NCBI RefSeq assembly: GCF_964194025.1
Contig: NC_134473.1
Coordinates: forward strand, 71,114,001 to 71,178,000
Direction: 5' to 3'
Length of the DNA stretch: 64,000 bases
Source of the DNA: Convolutriloba macropyga
Lineage: Eukaryota
Below the pieces are notes generated by a model, which saw only the letters and a program-made list of their open reading frames with translations, made no database searches and was not told the DNA's origin. The translations under genes and the position numbers were made by a program. Positions 19,001 through 33,241 of this stretch are shown here, piece by piece. Each line of letters begins with the position of its first letter. Position 1 is the first letter of the stretch.

Positions 19001-20670
19001 CTAATAGAGGCAGCAATAACTTATACAGATTCTTAATCAAAATATAACATCTCAGTCTTCGATGAAAAGAATATTTTTTTGGTCTGTCTTTTTTTACTGT
19101 ATTTTGAGACTGCAGATCTACGAAGCTATTGCGTCTATCTTTTGGCAATCTGCCAGCTATGTTTTTTTAGCCGCGAAGCGATAGCGGCTTTTATTAGGGA
19201 CATCGTGTTATTTTTTATTTTGTCGTCTCCATCGATGATTCTTGCGACCATTGAGGTTTTTAATGTCAGTGACTTCACTGCTTTGCCATCAAAATTTGTG
19301 TGCGTGACGTCATTTGTTCTGCTTTTAGGTCATTTGTGTGACTTACCTCTTTCAAAAAATGACTTTTGATTTCACCTGATGAACTTTTAAGTTTTTTGAA
19401 CATTTACTAGTTGAAGATCAATAGTGTGCTTCTAAGTAGTGCAAACGTATTTGCCCTAATTCTTGAGTGATAGAATCTTAAGTTTTTAATTATGAATGTT
19501 AGTTTTGCAAAAGCTCTTATAGGGTTTTTCCTTATAGAGCGTGTGTGCCATAAAAATGACATTCCGAATCTAAACCAAAAAGTCCAGTGGTCTATTAAAG
19601 GACTGCTGGTCAATCTGGCTCTTATTTTTCAATTGTTTTCAATTCGATGGAAGTGCACAATCGTCTATGCGGCTAGTTTCTGGCAATCTGCCTGCTATAT
19701 ATGTGCAAAAATTTTTTTGAGTTTGTGCGCTTATCTTCTAGAATAAACTTCTCAAGTGACTTTTTCATGCACTTCTCGATTTTTGAGTGATTTCAATTGG
19801 TCTCACTCCAAAATAATGTTTGCTTTTCAAACAAAACCGATTGTTAGAGATACAATGACAAGGCCCTGATAACCTAGTGGTTACTGCATCTGTCGAGGTG
19901 AAAGTATCTGACTCCAGAGGGCGGGGTTCGAACCCTTTCTTTGTCTGATGTTTTCTCTATTTACAATTTTTTTGGATTTTGTTTTCTTTTAATGGTTAGT
20001 CGTTTATTTAATAAAAAATTAAGATTGTCACAATGTTTTTGCCAGTATTTGTTAGAATCGCAATGTGTAAAGAGTTTTTTTGTGAGATGCTTTGTCAGTT
20101 TTTGTTGTCAGATATTTCTCTATTGTTAATTTTTCTATTGTTGTATGAACATCACTAGTATAATTAATTGGTAGAATAATTATTATAGTTGGGATGGTCA
20201 ATTTGCTAGTTCGAGTCTTCTCCGGATTTCTTTCGGCTTTTTTTTTTACTTCGTGGAATAAAAATTTGTTTACGCTTTACTTCATTCTGCCGCTTTTTCG
20301 ACTTTTTGCTTAATGTTTTAGATTTCTCTAGGGTGGTTTCAATTCTCTATTGTGTTTTTAAACAGCATTTGAAAGGAGGAATCAAAAGTAGAAATGGGAT
20401 AAACCCATAAAGCCCAATTTTAGATGGATGCTACTTAAACTTTGTTCTTATAAGTCTTCGTTACCATCTCTAATGCTTATTGGTGTTGATACCGGCCCCT
20501 GTATCCTCTCGTTAAGGAACAGGAGTATGTTGATCTACGAAATGAAATAGAAGTGTTAGCACTTAAAAATGTTTTTGTATAAATTTAAGTTGTTATTTTG
20601 TTTTTTTTTTCAATCCCGATCGGGGTTATGGGAATCAACGGCGGCTATTTTACGGCAATGCCGGGCATGT
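16060..20670 (+). repeat. Nested cluster of Helentron-like family A/B fragments filling a TNPO1 intron
   Basis: Repeated 5' ends TAATAGCCGC (16261, 18241, 18657) and 3' ends GCGGCTATTT..GGCAATCTGCC (about 17620, 19670, 20640), plus a thrice-repeated ATGACGTCACAACCACTTCAAATCTG block. Confidence 0.75.
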
Positions 20671-21119
20671 TTTGTCGTATATGAATTACCCTACTTTCAA
20701 AAACTGCTTTTAATGAAGAGCAGAATTTCCGAAGTAACGTTCTGAAAGAGAAATCAGCATTAAAACCACTGCATGAAACTTGTAACAATGATACAGTTTG
20801 CATATGCTTAGAATTTTCAGCAATCTGACAACTATGTCGATTGTGAAGGGATTGTTTATAATTACTCCATAGTTGTTCAAAGTATAGAAAATAAAACTCT
20901 CAAGGATTTGGAATCGGGTTTTGAAGCTAGCGAATTTACAGAGGTCATAAATCTAACCTACCTCTAATTGAAATCAATTTAACTCTTACTTTTGCATCAT
21001 TGTGGGGGAGTAATCTGCAGGTTTAGTGTTGTCAAAGTTTTCCGATTTTTTTGTACTCAACACACCTTCCAACAACGCATCTAATTTTCATATACCAATC
21101 AAAATCATAAAAATTTTAG

Positions 21120-21486
21120 TGCGTTTGCAACTCTGGAAGAAGATGCGAGAACAGAATTGGTGCCATATTTGCCATTCATTCTGGACACCCTCGTGTACGC
21201 TTTCCAGAAGTACCAGACCAACAACCTCCTTTTACTATATGACGCCATTGGCACTCTGGCCGATGCAGTTGGAACGCACCTGAATAAACCTGAATTCATT
21301 GAACTTTTGATGCCCCCTTTGATAAATAAGTGGAATGAACTTTCGGACGAGGATAAGGGACTTTTCCCTCTGCTAGAGTGTCTGTCATCGGTTGCAACTG
21401 CGCTGCAAGCTGGATTCATACCCTACGCAGAACCTGTATTCGGAAGATGCAAGAGCTTGGTGGAACGAAACTTACAGCAAGAGTCG
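21120..21486 (+). CDS. TNPO1: Transportin-1 exon
   Basis: [36 protein letters not shown]; TTTTAG| and |GTAAGT. Confidence 0.96.
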
Positions 21487-24400
21487 GTAAGTGTTGCTAT
21501 GGACGTAATGCTGTGAATCTTATTTTTACCACATTTGGTGTCAAGGAAGAGTCGATTATTGTCTGAACTATTTGATTAATAGCCGCGTCCTCAATTCTAG
21601 GCGGCTATTATAGCGCTCCTATTTTTTTACAATTCAAAGAATTTGTTACATTTCAAAGAATTTGAATTTTATTGGGGCGCTGTCTTTTTACACTCGAAGA
21701 GGAGTATTGCAGAAGTCCTTTTTTTAATCAATTTTATTGGAGTGATTTTTGAGGCGGGAAATGAAACGCGTGAAAAAATTTAGAGTGATTTTGGCGCTGA
21801 ACAAAAGTGAAGAGCGGAGCGAAAAGAAAGTGGTTTTTGTTCATACCGCTGTTTTTGAGAGTGCGAGAAATTGATGTGTAAAAAAATTTTCTCTAAGCGA
21901 GCGAAATTTTTTTGTTCACGCGCGGCATTTTAAAGCAATTTTTTTCATTTATTTTGGTTAAGAGGTTTGGTTATGATTTTCTTTTAACTTTAGGCTGGTT
22001 TCGGTAGTGGTTTGAAGGTTTCTGGAATTTAATATGAATTTTAGATAATTCGGAGGTTTTTAATGTATTTTGCTGATTTTCGGGCTAATTTTTGCGTTTT
22101 ATTGACGATTATTTTGTTTTACGGGTTCAAATGGGTATTGAAGAAACCCCTTCTACTTGAGCGATTTTATGATAACAATTGGTTACAGTTTTGTGGGTAA
22201 GAAGCATTTTTTTGTTGATAAATATGACAAAAAATGGCGAAAATTGGAACTATTTTTCTAAATTTTTTGCACTTTTTCGTTTTTTTTTCTGTTTTTAGCT
22301 AAGTTTCTTTGCCTATTATGACTTGCCTATTGTTTTGCGAGCATCTGGACACCCTATTGGCTGAAGAGAATTTTTCTTTGGATTTATGTTTTTGAAATAT
22401 TAAAAAATTTAGTAACTTTTTCCAGTTTTTCAGTAAAAGTTGTTTATAGAGATTTTTTTTTTCATAATTTTAAACAAAAGTATTTTTTCAAATTTCACAA
22501 GTTGTTTTTGTAAGTACAAGTTGTTTTGATGAAGTTATTTTGGCAGAGATAGTTTTTCCGGGATCTCAATTTAAAACAAAATTTGATCAGATTTTGTATC
22601 ATATTTTAACAGACTTGATTTTATTGTTTTTACTTTTTTGTTTCATGACTTGGTTTCATGATAATCATAAATTAGTGAAGGCTCGTTTTGTTTGATGAGT
22701 AGTTGGATGGCGTTTAAATGGATTTTCACGTCGAGTCGTTTCCGGAATTCTTCCGGCTATGTTTTTTTTAAGATTGTTCACACATTTTCATGATTTTTGA
22801 AGTCAAATCGGAGTAGTGATTTTGGTCACGCCGAAACAGGAAACGGAGCGAAAAAGATTTTGTGGTTTTGAGGCGTGAATTTTCGCTCTAATTTTAAAGT
22901 AGAGTGCAAAAATGGTGTTTGAACAAAAATTTGGTTCCTCGGTAGTGTCTTTTTGTTCACATGCGGCAATTTCACTCTGATTTTTACTGTTTTTGGATCG
23001 GATTTTTTTTCTAAATGGCTTTCTCAATCCATTCACAGCTCATTGTAGGCCTGGTTTTTTGTTTGAATTAAATTTTCATCTCTTGCTAGTGGGTTTTTTG
23101 TTCACATGCGGCATTTTGACATTGATTTTCTGTTTATTTCTTATTTTTCGATCTGATTTTTTTAAAATGGTTTTCTCAATTCACTCCTAGTCCATTCTAG
23201 GTCTGGTTTTTCTGTATAGTCAATGAAAATTCTTTGAATTGTACGTCAGGACTTGTCCTGCTATGTTTTTTACTTCCTCTAACAGATTTTTGTTTCGTCT
23301 TGCCGTGACTTCTAGGAATTGACTTTTTCAATGACTTACCTCACTCAAAAAAATGACTTCTGAGCTCACTTATGAAACTTTTACTTTTATGAACATTTAC
23401 TTATTAAAGGTCAATAGTGTGCATCTGAGTAGTGCCAAACATATGCCCTAATTCTTGAATATAAGAGTCTTGAGTTTTTGATTTCGAATATTAATTTTGG
23501 GATCTTTTCCGTTTGTGCCCCCCCAAAAAGTATTGCACGTACATCTGGGGGATGCAAATAATATGCGCCCTCTAAGCTGAGGGGGCACAAACGGAAAAGA
23601 TCCTAATTTTGAAAAGCTTTACCTTAAAAAAAGACATTTTGTTTTCTCTTATTAATAGCCGCCCTCATCTTCTCAGCCGGCTATTATAGCGCTCCTAGTT
23701 TTTTTTTACAATTCAGAAATTGAATTGTATTGGGGCGCTGTCTTTTTTTTAAGATCTGTTCACACATTTTTATGATTTTTGAAGTCAAATGATCACGCCG
23801 AAACAGGAGTCAAATTTTGGTCACGCCGAAACAGGAAGTGGAGCAAAAATGCGAGTGGTTTTGCGGCGTGAAATTTTTTTGCTCTAAATTCAAAATAGAG
23901 TGAGAAAACGGTGTTTTTGAACAAAAATTCGCTTTCTCGTTAGTGATTTTTTTGTTCACATGCAGCAATTTCACTTTGATTTACAGTTTTATCGATTTTT
24001 TGGATCGGATTTTTTTCTAATTGGTTTTCACAATCCATTCATAGTCCGTTCTTCGTCTAGTTTTCTGTTTAGTCAATGAAAATTCTTTGAGTTATAGGTC
24101 AGGACTTGTCCTGCTATGTTTTTTTACTTCATCGAACAAAAAAATGTTTCGCTTCACCTCATTTTGCCGCTTCTTTCATCGTTTTGCGTGAAATCTTCTT
24201 GACTTCTCTAGGCTAGTTTCTCTCTTCTTTCATTCTGCTAAAAGTGATTTTGAACATCAGTTGCTCAGCAAAGCAATTCAAAATGAACTGAGTCAGTATA
24301 AAAATTGAAGTCAGAAAGAAACGGGATAAACCCATAAAGCCCAATTTTAGATGCCCGCTATTTGAACGCCGTTCCTATAAGATTTAGTCACCATCTCTAA

Positions 24401-25409
24401 TGCTTATTGGTATTGATGGTAGCCCCTGTAGCATCTCTCTCTAAGAAACAGAGGTATGTTCAACAACGAAATGCCATCAAAATAAATCGGACTTAAAAAA
24501 TGTTTTTGTACAAAAATCTTTTTTTTTTCATTATCTTCTATTTTTTCAATCCCAATCATGCTTATTAGAATCTGCGGCGGCTATTTTTGGGTAATCTGCC
24601 GGGAATGTTTTTTCTGCTTCGCTCCTAATAGATGTCAAGGGTGGCAGTGGTAGCTTTTTGCCGGCTACCTGCCAGCTACGTTAGCACCTCACTCAAAATA
24701 TGTCTACTCTACGCACAGCAAATTTGATTTCGAGAAGAACTTCGATTAATTTTGGTTAATGTCAAACATTGCAAGAGATCTGTCGCTTCAGAAACTTTCT
24801 GTTAATTAATTTTTCTCACGTTTTTATAACAATTAAAGTAGTGGTTTTTGTCTTTATTAATTGCTCTGAAACGAAATTTGTAGCAATTATATTAGTCCTG
24901 TGGTCTTTTTAAATGCAATTTTTCTCACAAACGTCGTAAACAAGTAGCGCGTGGAGGGCTTCAAGTTGCCGAGCAGCAGCTCTTTGCGCTTTACTAGTCT
25001 CTAAGTATGCGATTCACCGAAATTGAGGAGACAATTTCAGGTTGTGAGGGTCGGTTCTTAGACTTAAACGTTTGCCCGCCCCCTGTCAACCCCCACCCCA
25101 ACCCCCACCAAACCTCCGTCTGACCCCTCTTCCCACCTGGCGATTTGGACCCCCTCTTATCAAGCTTTTCCACAACCGAATTTAGTCGGTTATATTGCAA
25201 AATTTCTTGATTGTTTTTTTAAAGCCGCGAAGCGATAGCGGCTATTATTAGGGGACATTCTGTCTAATAGCCGCGAAGCGATAGCGGGTATTATTGGAGA
25301 CATCGTGGTTTTTTTTCTAAATGTGTTGTCTCCATCGATCATTCTTACGACCTGACTTCTTGAATTAACTTTCAATGACTTCAGTGACTTCTACTGCTAT
25401 GCAGTTAAA

Positions 25410-25410
<1 letters not shown>

Positions 25411-25444
<34 letters not shown>
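25411..25444. repeat. (TG)n microsatellite, about 17 units, inside a family A element
   Basis: Direct reading; other copies have only TGTGTGCGTG at this site. Confidence 0.95.
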
Positions 25445-25445
<1 letters not shown>

Positions 25446-26989
25446 CGTTATTTCTGATTTTAGATCAATTTCGTGACTTACTTCACTCAAAAAGTGACTT
25501 CTTAACGCACTTATGGAATTTTAAATTTTATGAACATTTACTAGTTAGAGATCAATAGTGTGCATCTAAGTAATGCCAAACTTTTTTGCCCTAATTCTCG
25601 AGTATTAGTCTTTGAGTTTTTGATTTCGAATATTAGTTTTGAAAAAGCTCTATTAGGGCTTTTTATTTATTGAGCGTATGTCTCATAAAATGACAGTCCG
25701 AATCTAACCCCAAAAAGTCTATTGGTCTATTAAAGGACTGGTGGTCCATCTGTCTATTTTATTTTTTTAGTTGTTTCAATTCATATAAAGCCACAAGCGT
25801 CTATGGCGGCTATTTTCCGGCAATCTGCCGGCTATGTTTTTTCATGCTGGGAAAAGCTGGCCAAACAGATATTGATAGCTCGGATAGCCATAGACGAATG
25901 GAGCTATTATTGGCCTTATCTTGCTGTTTACAAATAAAAAAATAAAATTTTATGGGGGAGAGTCAAATTTGACTGGTTAATTTAGTAACTCCGAAAAAGG
26001 CAGGGGAGGAAAAAGCGCGTCGTGTTGTGGAGTGAATTGTTTCACTCTGACTTATAACTAGAGTGAGAAATGGTGTACGGAGAAAAAAAAATTTCTCGAT
26101 AGTTAATTGCTCTCAAACGAAGTTTGTAGCAATTATGTTAGTCCTGCGGTCTTATGCGATTTTTCGTCTGACCCTTTTGGCTTTTCGTCCATCCTCAAAA
26201 ACGGGATGAACTGGTAAAACCCGGAGGTCATCAAGTTTTATGGGAGCCTTAAGGCTCACTAGTCGCTAAATATCAAATTATGCGATGCACCGAAGTAGTT
26301 TAAGAGACATAAATTCATGTTAAGGGTGGTTCTTGAGTTGATCCTTTACTAGTCTCACTAACCCGTAGCTAGCTACTGACGAACCATACAACTCGCCAGT
26401 CGTTTGAGAGCAGTTCGCCCGACGTTAATCCGTTATGTTTGCTTTTTCACGACCGCTATCAACATTCCAAGTTCAATTCAATATTTCCATGCTCTACTCA
26501 TGACCCAAACAAAGCTCAAAGGATTTGAAGAATTCATTCAAGAATTGGCTCTTTCTAAACTTGCAGTGAATGTTTGATACGATTAAACGGTGCCTTGTTC
26601 AGATTCATGGTAGCGCTTTTGTTTAATTGCTCTCAAACGAAGTTTGTAGCAATTATATTAGTCCTGTCGGTCTTTTTTATGCGATTTTTCGCTCGACCGA
26701 TTTTTCGTCTGACGCTTGTGACTTTTCGTCTTCAAAAACGGGATAAACAGGTAGAGCCCAGCGGGCAATAAGTGCTCTTAGAGCCTTTCAGCTCTGTTTC
26801 AGCTCAAACAGTTTTGGAGACTTATACTAATACTTATGGTGTGAAGGCGGTTCTTAGAGGTTGAAGACACCCCCACTGTTGACCCACCGCGCTGTTACCC
26901 CCACCCACCCCAGAGTTGCCCCAGTCTGTCCACCGTGCCCCCCCTCCCCACGTGGCTAGCTGCTGACGAACAACGCTTGCTAAAAACGC

Positions 26990-28220
26990 AAATTTATACC
27001 TTTTTTTGCAATTTTTTTCAAACTTTTTGAAAATTTTTGACCTTTTTTGATTTTTATCAGCCCTAGTTGTCAAAGAATTTCCTCTAGGTTTTGATAATAG
27101 GTTACTGCATTGTTTCTAGTGGTAATGGAATTGTTTCAACATTTTAACATCACGAAATTTAGCAATTTTTGACAAAACGTGCAATTTATTCAAATGTTGA
27201 CATTTTTTTTTCTTATTCAGGTCTTTCCAGACCCAGGGGCCAGAAAACATCCTATGGGGGTGGATAATAAGTTACTGACAAATTTTTAATGGCCATTGAA
27301 TTGTTTTTCAACTTTTTAATATCACAAATTTTAGCAATTTTTTGACAAAACATGCAATTTTTTCAAATGTTTTTGACATTTTTTTCCTTATTCAGGTCTT
27401 TGGAGACCCAGGGGCCAGAAAACATCCTAAGTGGGTTGATAATAAGTTACTGACAAGTTTTTAATGGCCATGGAATAGTTTTTCAACTTTTTAATGTCAC
27501 AAATTTTAGCAATTTTTTGATAAAACTTGCTTTTTTTCAAGTTTTTTTAAAACATTTTTTGTTGTTTTTTAGATTTTTTCAGCCTCAAGAGCCAAGGAAC
27601 CTCCTCTAGGGTTTGAAAATAGGTTACTGAATAATTTTTAGATTAAATGGAATGTCTTGCAAGATTTTAACATCACGAATTTTAGCATATTTTTGATATT
27701 TTTGGACATTTTTTTTTCCAATCTCATTTATACTCATTATTCAGATTTTTTGAACCTCAAATGTCAGAAAGCCTCCGTTAAGGTTTGATAATAAGTTACT
27801 GGAAAATTTTTGTTGGTGATGGGTTAATTTTCATCTTTTTAATATCATAAGTTATAGCAATTTTTTTTATAAAACTTTCAATTTTTAAAAATTTTTCTCA
27901 TTTCTTAGGTTTCTCTGGCCTCAAGGGCGACGGAACTTCCTCTAGGGTTTGATAATATATTACTGCATAGTTTAGAGATGTAATGGAATGTTCTTCAAGA
28001 TTTTATTGTCACGAATTGAAGCAATTTTTTTGAAATATCTGCAATTTTTTATGTTTTTGTTTTTTTTCCGGCATTAGAGGCCCTCAAACCTCCTCCAAAG
28101 TTTGATAAGCTGCTGCATAGTTTCTAGAGTTAATGGGATGGTGGTCAACATTTTTTATGACTCCAGTTTTAGTAGTTTTTGGATAAACTTGAAACTTTTC
28201 AAATTTTTTGAAAATTTGTG
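26990..28220. repeat. Degenerate ~170-175 bp tandem repeat, about 7 copies
   Basis: The TTTGATAATA(A/G)GTTACTG motif recurs at about 27101, 27271, 27446, 27623, 27795, 27960 and 28110. Confidence 0.8.
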
Positions 28221-30190
28221 TTCCAAGTGTATGGATCTTTATGAGCCTGTGGAACAATTTCTCGCTTGAAACAGGGATACCGGATAGTCTCTTGAAACAA
28301 TGAATTGGTTCTTAAGATATTAATGTCTTGCGTAGTGTCATCATCTTCTTTGCGTAATGTTATCATCTCTGATCCTCATTATCAATGAGTCAGTTGAATT
28401 TTTTTCATAACTCATCTAACAGGCTTTTTTTAGGAAACCATTGTTAATTGCTCTCAAAGGCAATTTGTAGCCAATTTATTAACCCCGTTTGTCTTTTATG
28501 CAATTTTTCGCTTGGCCGATTTTTAGTCTGGCCCATTTGACTTTTGTCTTCAGAAACGGGATTAATATGTAATGCCCTGAGGTCACTAAAACGAGGCTAG
28601 CTGTTGACGAAGCCAACCGCTCGCCGGTCGTTTGAGAGCAATTCGCCCGACTTTAGTCGGTTATGTTTGTTTGATTAATTGCTCTCAAACGATTTTTGTA
28701 GCAATTATAATAGCCCTGCTGGTCTTTACTACTACCGACGCATCATCTGACATTTTTTTCGTCTGGTCATTTGGTTTTTCGCCCTCCAAATCGGTGTAAA
28801 CAGGTAAACCCTGGAGGGCATTAACGCTAATAAGTTTTTTACGCCTTACTAGTCTTACGCTTTACTAGTCGCTAACTATGCGAATCACTGAAATTGGTCA
28901 GTAGATATAAATTCAGTGTGTGAAGGGTGTTTCCGTGACCCCCCGCGCTTGCCCCAACCCCTCCACCCTCGAGTTCACTCACCTCCCCCTCAATTAATTT
29001 AAATTTAGCCTCCCTGATTCCCAGCTAGCTAATGACAGACAACTGCTCGCAGTCTTTTGTGAGCAGTTCGCCCGACGTTAGTCCGTTATTAATAGCCGCA
29101 AAGCGATAGCTAGTGCCATTATCGGCCTTCTCTTGTTTTTTTTTACAATCCGAAGAATTTGAATTGTTTTGGGGGCGCTGTCTTTTTTAGGATCTGTTCA
29201 CATATATTCCTGATTTTTGATTTCAAATTGGAGTGATGATTCTGGTCACGCCGAAACATGAAGTGGAGCAAGAAATCACCTGATTTTGTGGCGTGAAATT
29301 TCACGTCCTCCAATTTCAAAGTAGATTGAGAAAACGGTGTTTGAAAAAAAAATTTCGTTTTCTAACTAATGGATTTTTGTTCACTTGCGGCTTTTTTGGC
29401 TTTGATTTTTACCGTTTTTTTTCGATTTTTTTTATCTGATTTTTTTCCCAATCCATTCATAGTCCAATCTAGGTCTATTTGTTTTCTTAGTCATTGAAAA
29501 TCCTTCGAGTTGTAGGTCAGGACTTGTCCTATTTTTTTTTATTTCGTCAAGATTTTTGTTGCGACCGTATGACGTTAGAACCAATTCAAATCTGTTTTTT
29601 GTTCATTCGTTAATGCAATTTCAACTTAATTGTTTGCGTGACGTCATTTTTCACTCTTAGTAGAGGCGAGTTTTTTTGTTCATTCGCGTGATCAAGTTTT
29701 TGATCACGTGACTCACTCTCAAAAATGACTTCCTAACTCTAAAATTGACTTTTCTGTATTTTAATTCAAAGAGATAAGGTGAAGTGAGTGTGTGTCACTC
29801 TAATTGAAGGTTATTTGAGAGCAGCTATTAGAAGCAGCAATAAATTTGACAGATTCTTTATCAAAATGTAACATCTGAGCATTTAATTAAACGAGTTTTT
29901 TTTTGGTCTGTTTCTTTACTATCTTTAAGAGAGTACAGATATACGAAGCTATTGCGGCTATTTTGTGGCAATCTGCCAGCTGTGTTGTTTATTATTTGTT
30001 CAAGTGCGGCAATGTCACTTCTATTTTTACTCCTGTGTATCCGTGTTGTTTTTTTTCGGATAAGGTTTATCTGCATTGGTTCATTTCTTCCGTTCCACCC
30101 ACCATTCCTTGGGTTGTTCAAAAATAAAACAATATTAGCCTGGTTGTGAACTAAAACACTGGATGACTGAACTTTGTTATGTATTGACAG

Positions 30191-30367
30191 AACTTCCGTC
30201 TGAATCCGACAGCAGTTGAGGAGCCCGATAAGGACTTCATGGTGGTTGCCATTGATCTGATGAGCAGTGTTGTGGAGGGACTGGGAGTGAACATAGGTGG
30301 ACTCCTGGAGTCCTCTTCAGACCTTATGCCATTGCTGCTTCAGTGCATGAGGGATGTGCAGCCAGAG
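30191..30367 (+). CDS. TNPO1: Transportin-1 exon (not in ORF track)
   Basis: NFRLNPTAVEEPDKDFMVVAIDLMSSVVEGLG..QCMRDVQPE; GACAG| and |GTTAGT; 59 codons. Confidence 0.94.
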
Positions 30368-31090
30368 GTTAGTAACTCATCTACAAGTGATCATAATTTA
30401 GCATAATCGAATCATAATGTTCCATTGATAGTTCATTGTGATGATGAGATAGTAATTTAAGCTGAAAATTTTGTTTGGGCGCTGAACGATCATTAGTGAA
30501 AATGAAATATCAACACCTACAATTCTGGATAAATGAAGATTTAAATGCTCTTAGTAAACATTTTAGCAGCTGTTTAAGTAGAATGAATCTTAATTTATTT
30601 AGCAATTTAATTAGCGGAGGTTTATTTTAGTTTGGAATTTTCAGTGTAGTTCTGTATTTTCCCATTAACTCTACTACTGCAATATAAGATTGAGGCTAAA
30701 ACACGATCACGCACGAAATGTGCTAGTCCTGATAATATGAAATTGCAGCATTTTTTGTTAGATCATGGGTTGGCGACTGATTTGCGAATTAAATAAGTAG
30801 CATAATTTTTTTGCAAATGATGCTGGTGTTAGATCCAATTGACGCAAAGTTTCAAATAATTGAGTCGTTCTAAATTCAGTTCTCTTCCAGAACAGTATAA
30901 ATCTTATTCCGTTGATATTTTTAAGCTAAAAATCATCTGATTTTTTTAATCTCAGTTTTGTCTGATCTTGGTTAAATATATTTTCAGCTAAGTCTGAAAA
31001 TTTGAACTGTTTATCCGCTGTCTCATGCCTTTATTGGTAACATTTTGTCCGGAGTATTCTGGCTTAGGATTTATTATGTCCTACTTATAG

Positions 31091-31262
31091 GTGAGGCAGA
31101 GCTCGTTTGCCTTGTTGGGAGATCTGACGAAAGCCTGCTTTGAGTTGGTCCAGCCTCACATGGAGAAAGTGATGCCAGTTCTGGCTGAGAATCTCCAGCC
31201 TGAACTTATCTCTGTATGCAACAATGCTACATGGGCAATAGGGGAAATGGCCATGAAAATGG
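31091..31262 (+). CDS. TNPO1: Transportin-1 exon
   Basis: [30 protein letters not shown]; TATAG| and |GTCAGT. Confidence 0.95.
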
Positions 31263-31310
31263 GTCAGTGGACATTTCAATTTATTGCAGTTTTTCCTGCT
31301 ACATTTCTTT

Positions 31311-31505
31311 AATTGCTCTCGAACGAAGCAATTATTGTAAATGTGCATGTTTTGAATGCAGAATTTCTGGAGGTCGCGGGTTCGAACCCCTACTTAGTCG
31401 GCATTTTTTGCACCCATAAAAAAATTATCTAGGCTAATGCCCCCTCCGAATTGAATTGCCCTGCTTGTCGTTCAAGAGCAATTTGTCCGGCGTTAGTCGG
31501 TTATA
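31311..31505 (+). mobile_element. Short complete family B Helentron-like element
   Basis: AATTGCTCTCGAACG ... CGTTCAAGAGCAATT, hairpin CCGGCGTTAGTCGG, internal GGTTCGAACCC B box. Confidence 0.7.
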
Positions 31506-32109
31506 TTTGTAAGCTGAGATAAAATTATCAGGGATTAAACATTAGATGAGCGAAAAGATAGTATTGGGTTACGTGGCATTTTACCCCATGCCATTATACC
31601 CAATGAATGCCCTTAGATCTTTTCGTTCAATGGAGAGGTTACAAATTACCACTTGTACTGCAAACATTTATTGTCATAATTACCCGTTTAAATTGATCTC
31701 ATGTTCTGTTGTGAGTGTCGTTGTCGTATCAAGTCCCACGGGCCGCTGATGCATGACTATGGACATATATAAATTACCTCACTTAGGTATACTGCTAAAT
31801 AATCTATCTCATAATTGTAATTATCGATATTCAATTGTAATTATAGATGTTATTTTGTCCTGAAACCGCAGTATTGCCCTACACTTTTAAAGCAATTATT
31901 GTATGCTATTGTTCGCAAGTAATTCAATGCATCCTTTTCAATAATAATTCTATGATGACTAGATTTGTCAATTCTGTCTGATGAAGTTGAATGCGACAGT
32001 GTCATAACCCAACAGTCATAACGTTACAGTTTCTTGATAAGTTGTTTTTTTTGCATAGATCAAATGCTCGATTTTGTATCAAATATTTGAGCTCTGATTT
32101 TTGCTGCAG

Positions 32110-32205
32110 GTTCGGCGATGGAGCCATTTGTTCCTCTGTTTCTTCAGCAGCTGATAGAGATTGTGAACAGACAGAACATTCCTAAGACCTTAATGGAAAA
32201 CACAG
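32110..32205 (+). CDS. TNPO1: Transportin-1 exon
   Basis: SAMEPFVPLFLQQLIEIVNRQNIPKTLMENT; TGCAG| and |GTTTGT. Confidence 0.93.
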
Positions 32206-32503
32206 GTTTGTTTCATTCCACAGTTACGTCATTGCAACGTTTCACTCTTGATACTTTTTTTCAAATGTACTGTAAACGTGGGGAAATGTTGCCTTTCTCA
32301 TTGGTATTTTTGTAACTATACAATGCTAAATTCTAATTTTATTAGATAGTTTAGTCCTATCTCTTAACAGGCTCTACAAAACATTATCAATGCAAAAACA
32401 TAAGTTTGCTCACAAACAGCGAAACAAAATCCTGTTCTTAGACGGTGGACGGGTGACTTGGTTGAGTGAACAGTTTTTAAGTGAACTTTGTGTTGTGTTT
32501 CAG

Positions 32504-32579
32504 CAATCACACTGGGGAGAGTGGGCTACGTGTGTCCTTCTGCAGTGTCACCTCACCTCCACCACTTTATCAGGCCATG
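32504..32579 (+). CDS. TNPO1: Transportin-1 exon
   Basis: [26 protein letters not shown]; TTTCAG| and |GTAAGA. Confidence 0.93.
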
Positions 32580-33241
32580 GTAAGACACAAGACAGGACAC
32601 TCTAGGTGTGCAGTCATGTAGACGGAGTATTTACATTCCCAACCATTTACCCTGAGTTCATCTTGCTAGTTGAGTGCAATTGGTCTGCAGTTTCATATGG
32701 CCGCATGCACAGTCTCAAAGACATCCGAATTTTGAGGATGAACAAGTCTTACTCCAAAATTAGGGAATGACAGTAGTGAATTATAATTATGAAAAATTAG
32801 TTCGTTTAGCGATTTCGAACAGTTTGAAGCAATTGTCATAGTCGTGTTTTTTTTACAAAATTATGGCTTGACAGTTTTTAGTCCAGAATGCCTGCTTGAT
32901 TGATTTAATTAATAGCCGCCTCAGCTTCTCAGCCGGCTATTATAGCGCTCCTATTTTTTTACAATCAAAGATGAAAAGTCTTTTTCAAAGATTCAGTCTT
33001 TTTTTAAGATCTGTTCACACATTTTCATGAAAATGGTTTTGCGACGTGAATTTTTTTGGTCTAATTTTAAAGTAGATTGAGAAAACGGTATTTGAACAAA
33101 AATTCGCTTTCTCGCTAGTGATTTTTTGTTTACATGTGATAAAATTTTGTGATAAACTTATTAAATAGTTTCAGATTAACTGAATTCCAGGGCAGCCGTG
33201 GTGGCCCTGTTGAAAACATTTCTTTATCTGAATTGTGAATC

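Larger units (their letters stand above)
21575..30000 (+). repeat. Nested cluster of family A/B elements in the 8.7-kb TNPO1 intron
   Basis: Many AATAGCCGC and AATTGCTCTC ends and shared internal blocks (GGTCACGCCGAAACAGGAAG; GGGATAAACCCATAAAGCCCAATTTTAGATG). Confidence 0.75.

Noticed and set aside
16181-30149. Numerous 60-100 aa Phe/Leu- or Lys-rich ORFs in introns
   Set aside because: They fall in T-rich non-autonomous repeats, have no domain motifs, and mostly use non-ATG starts.
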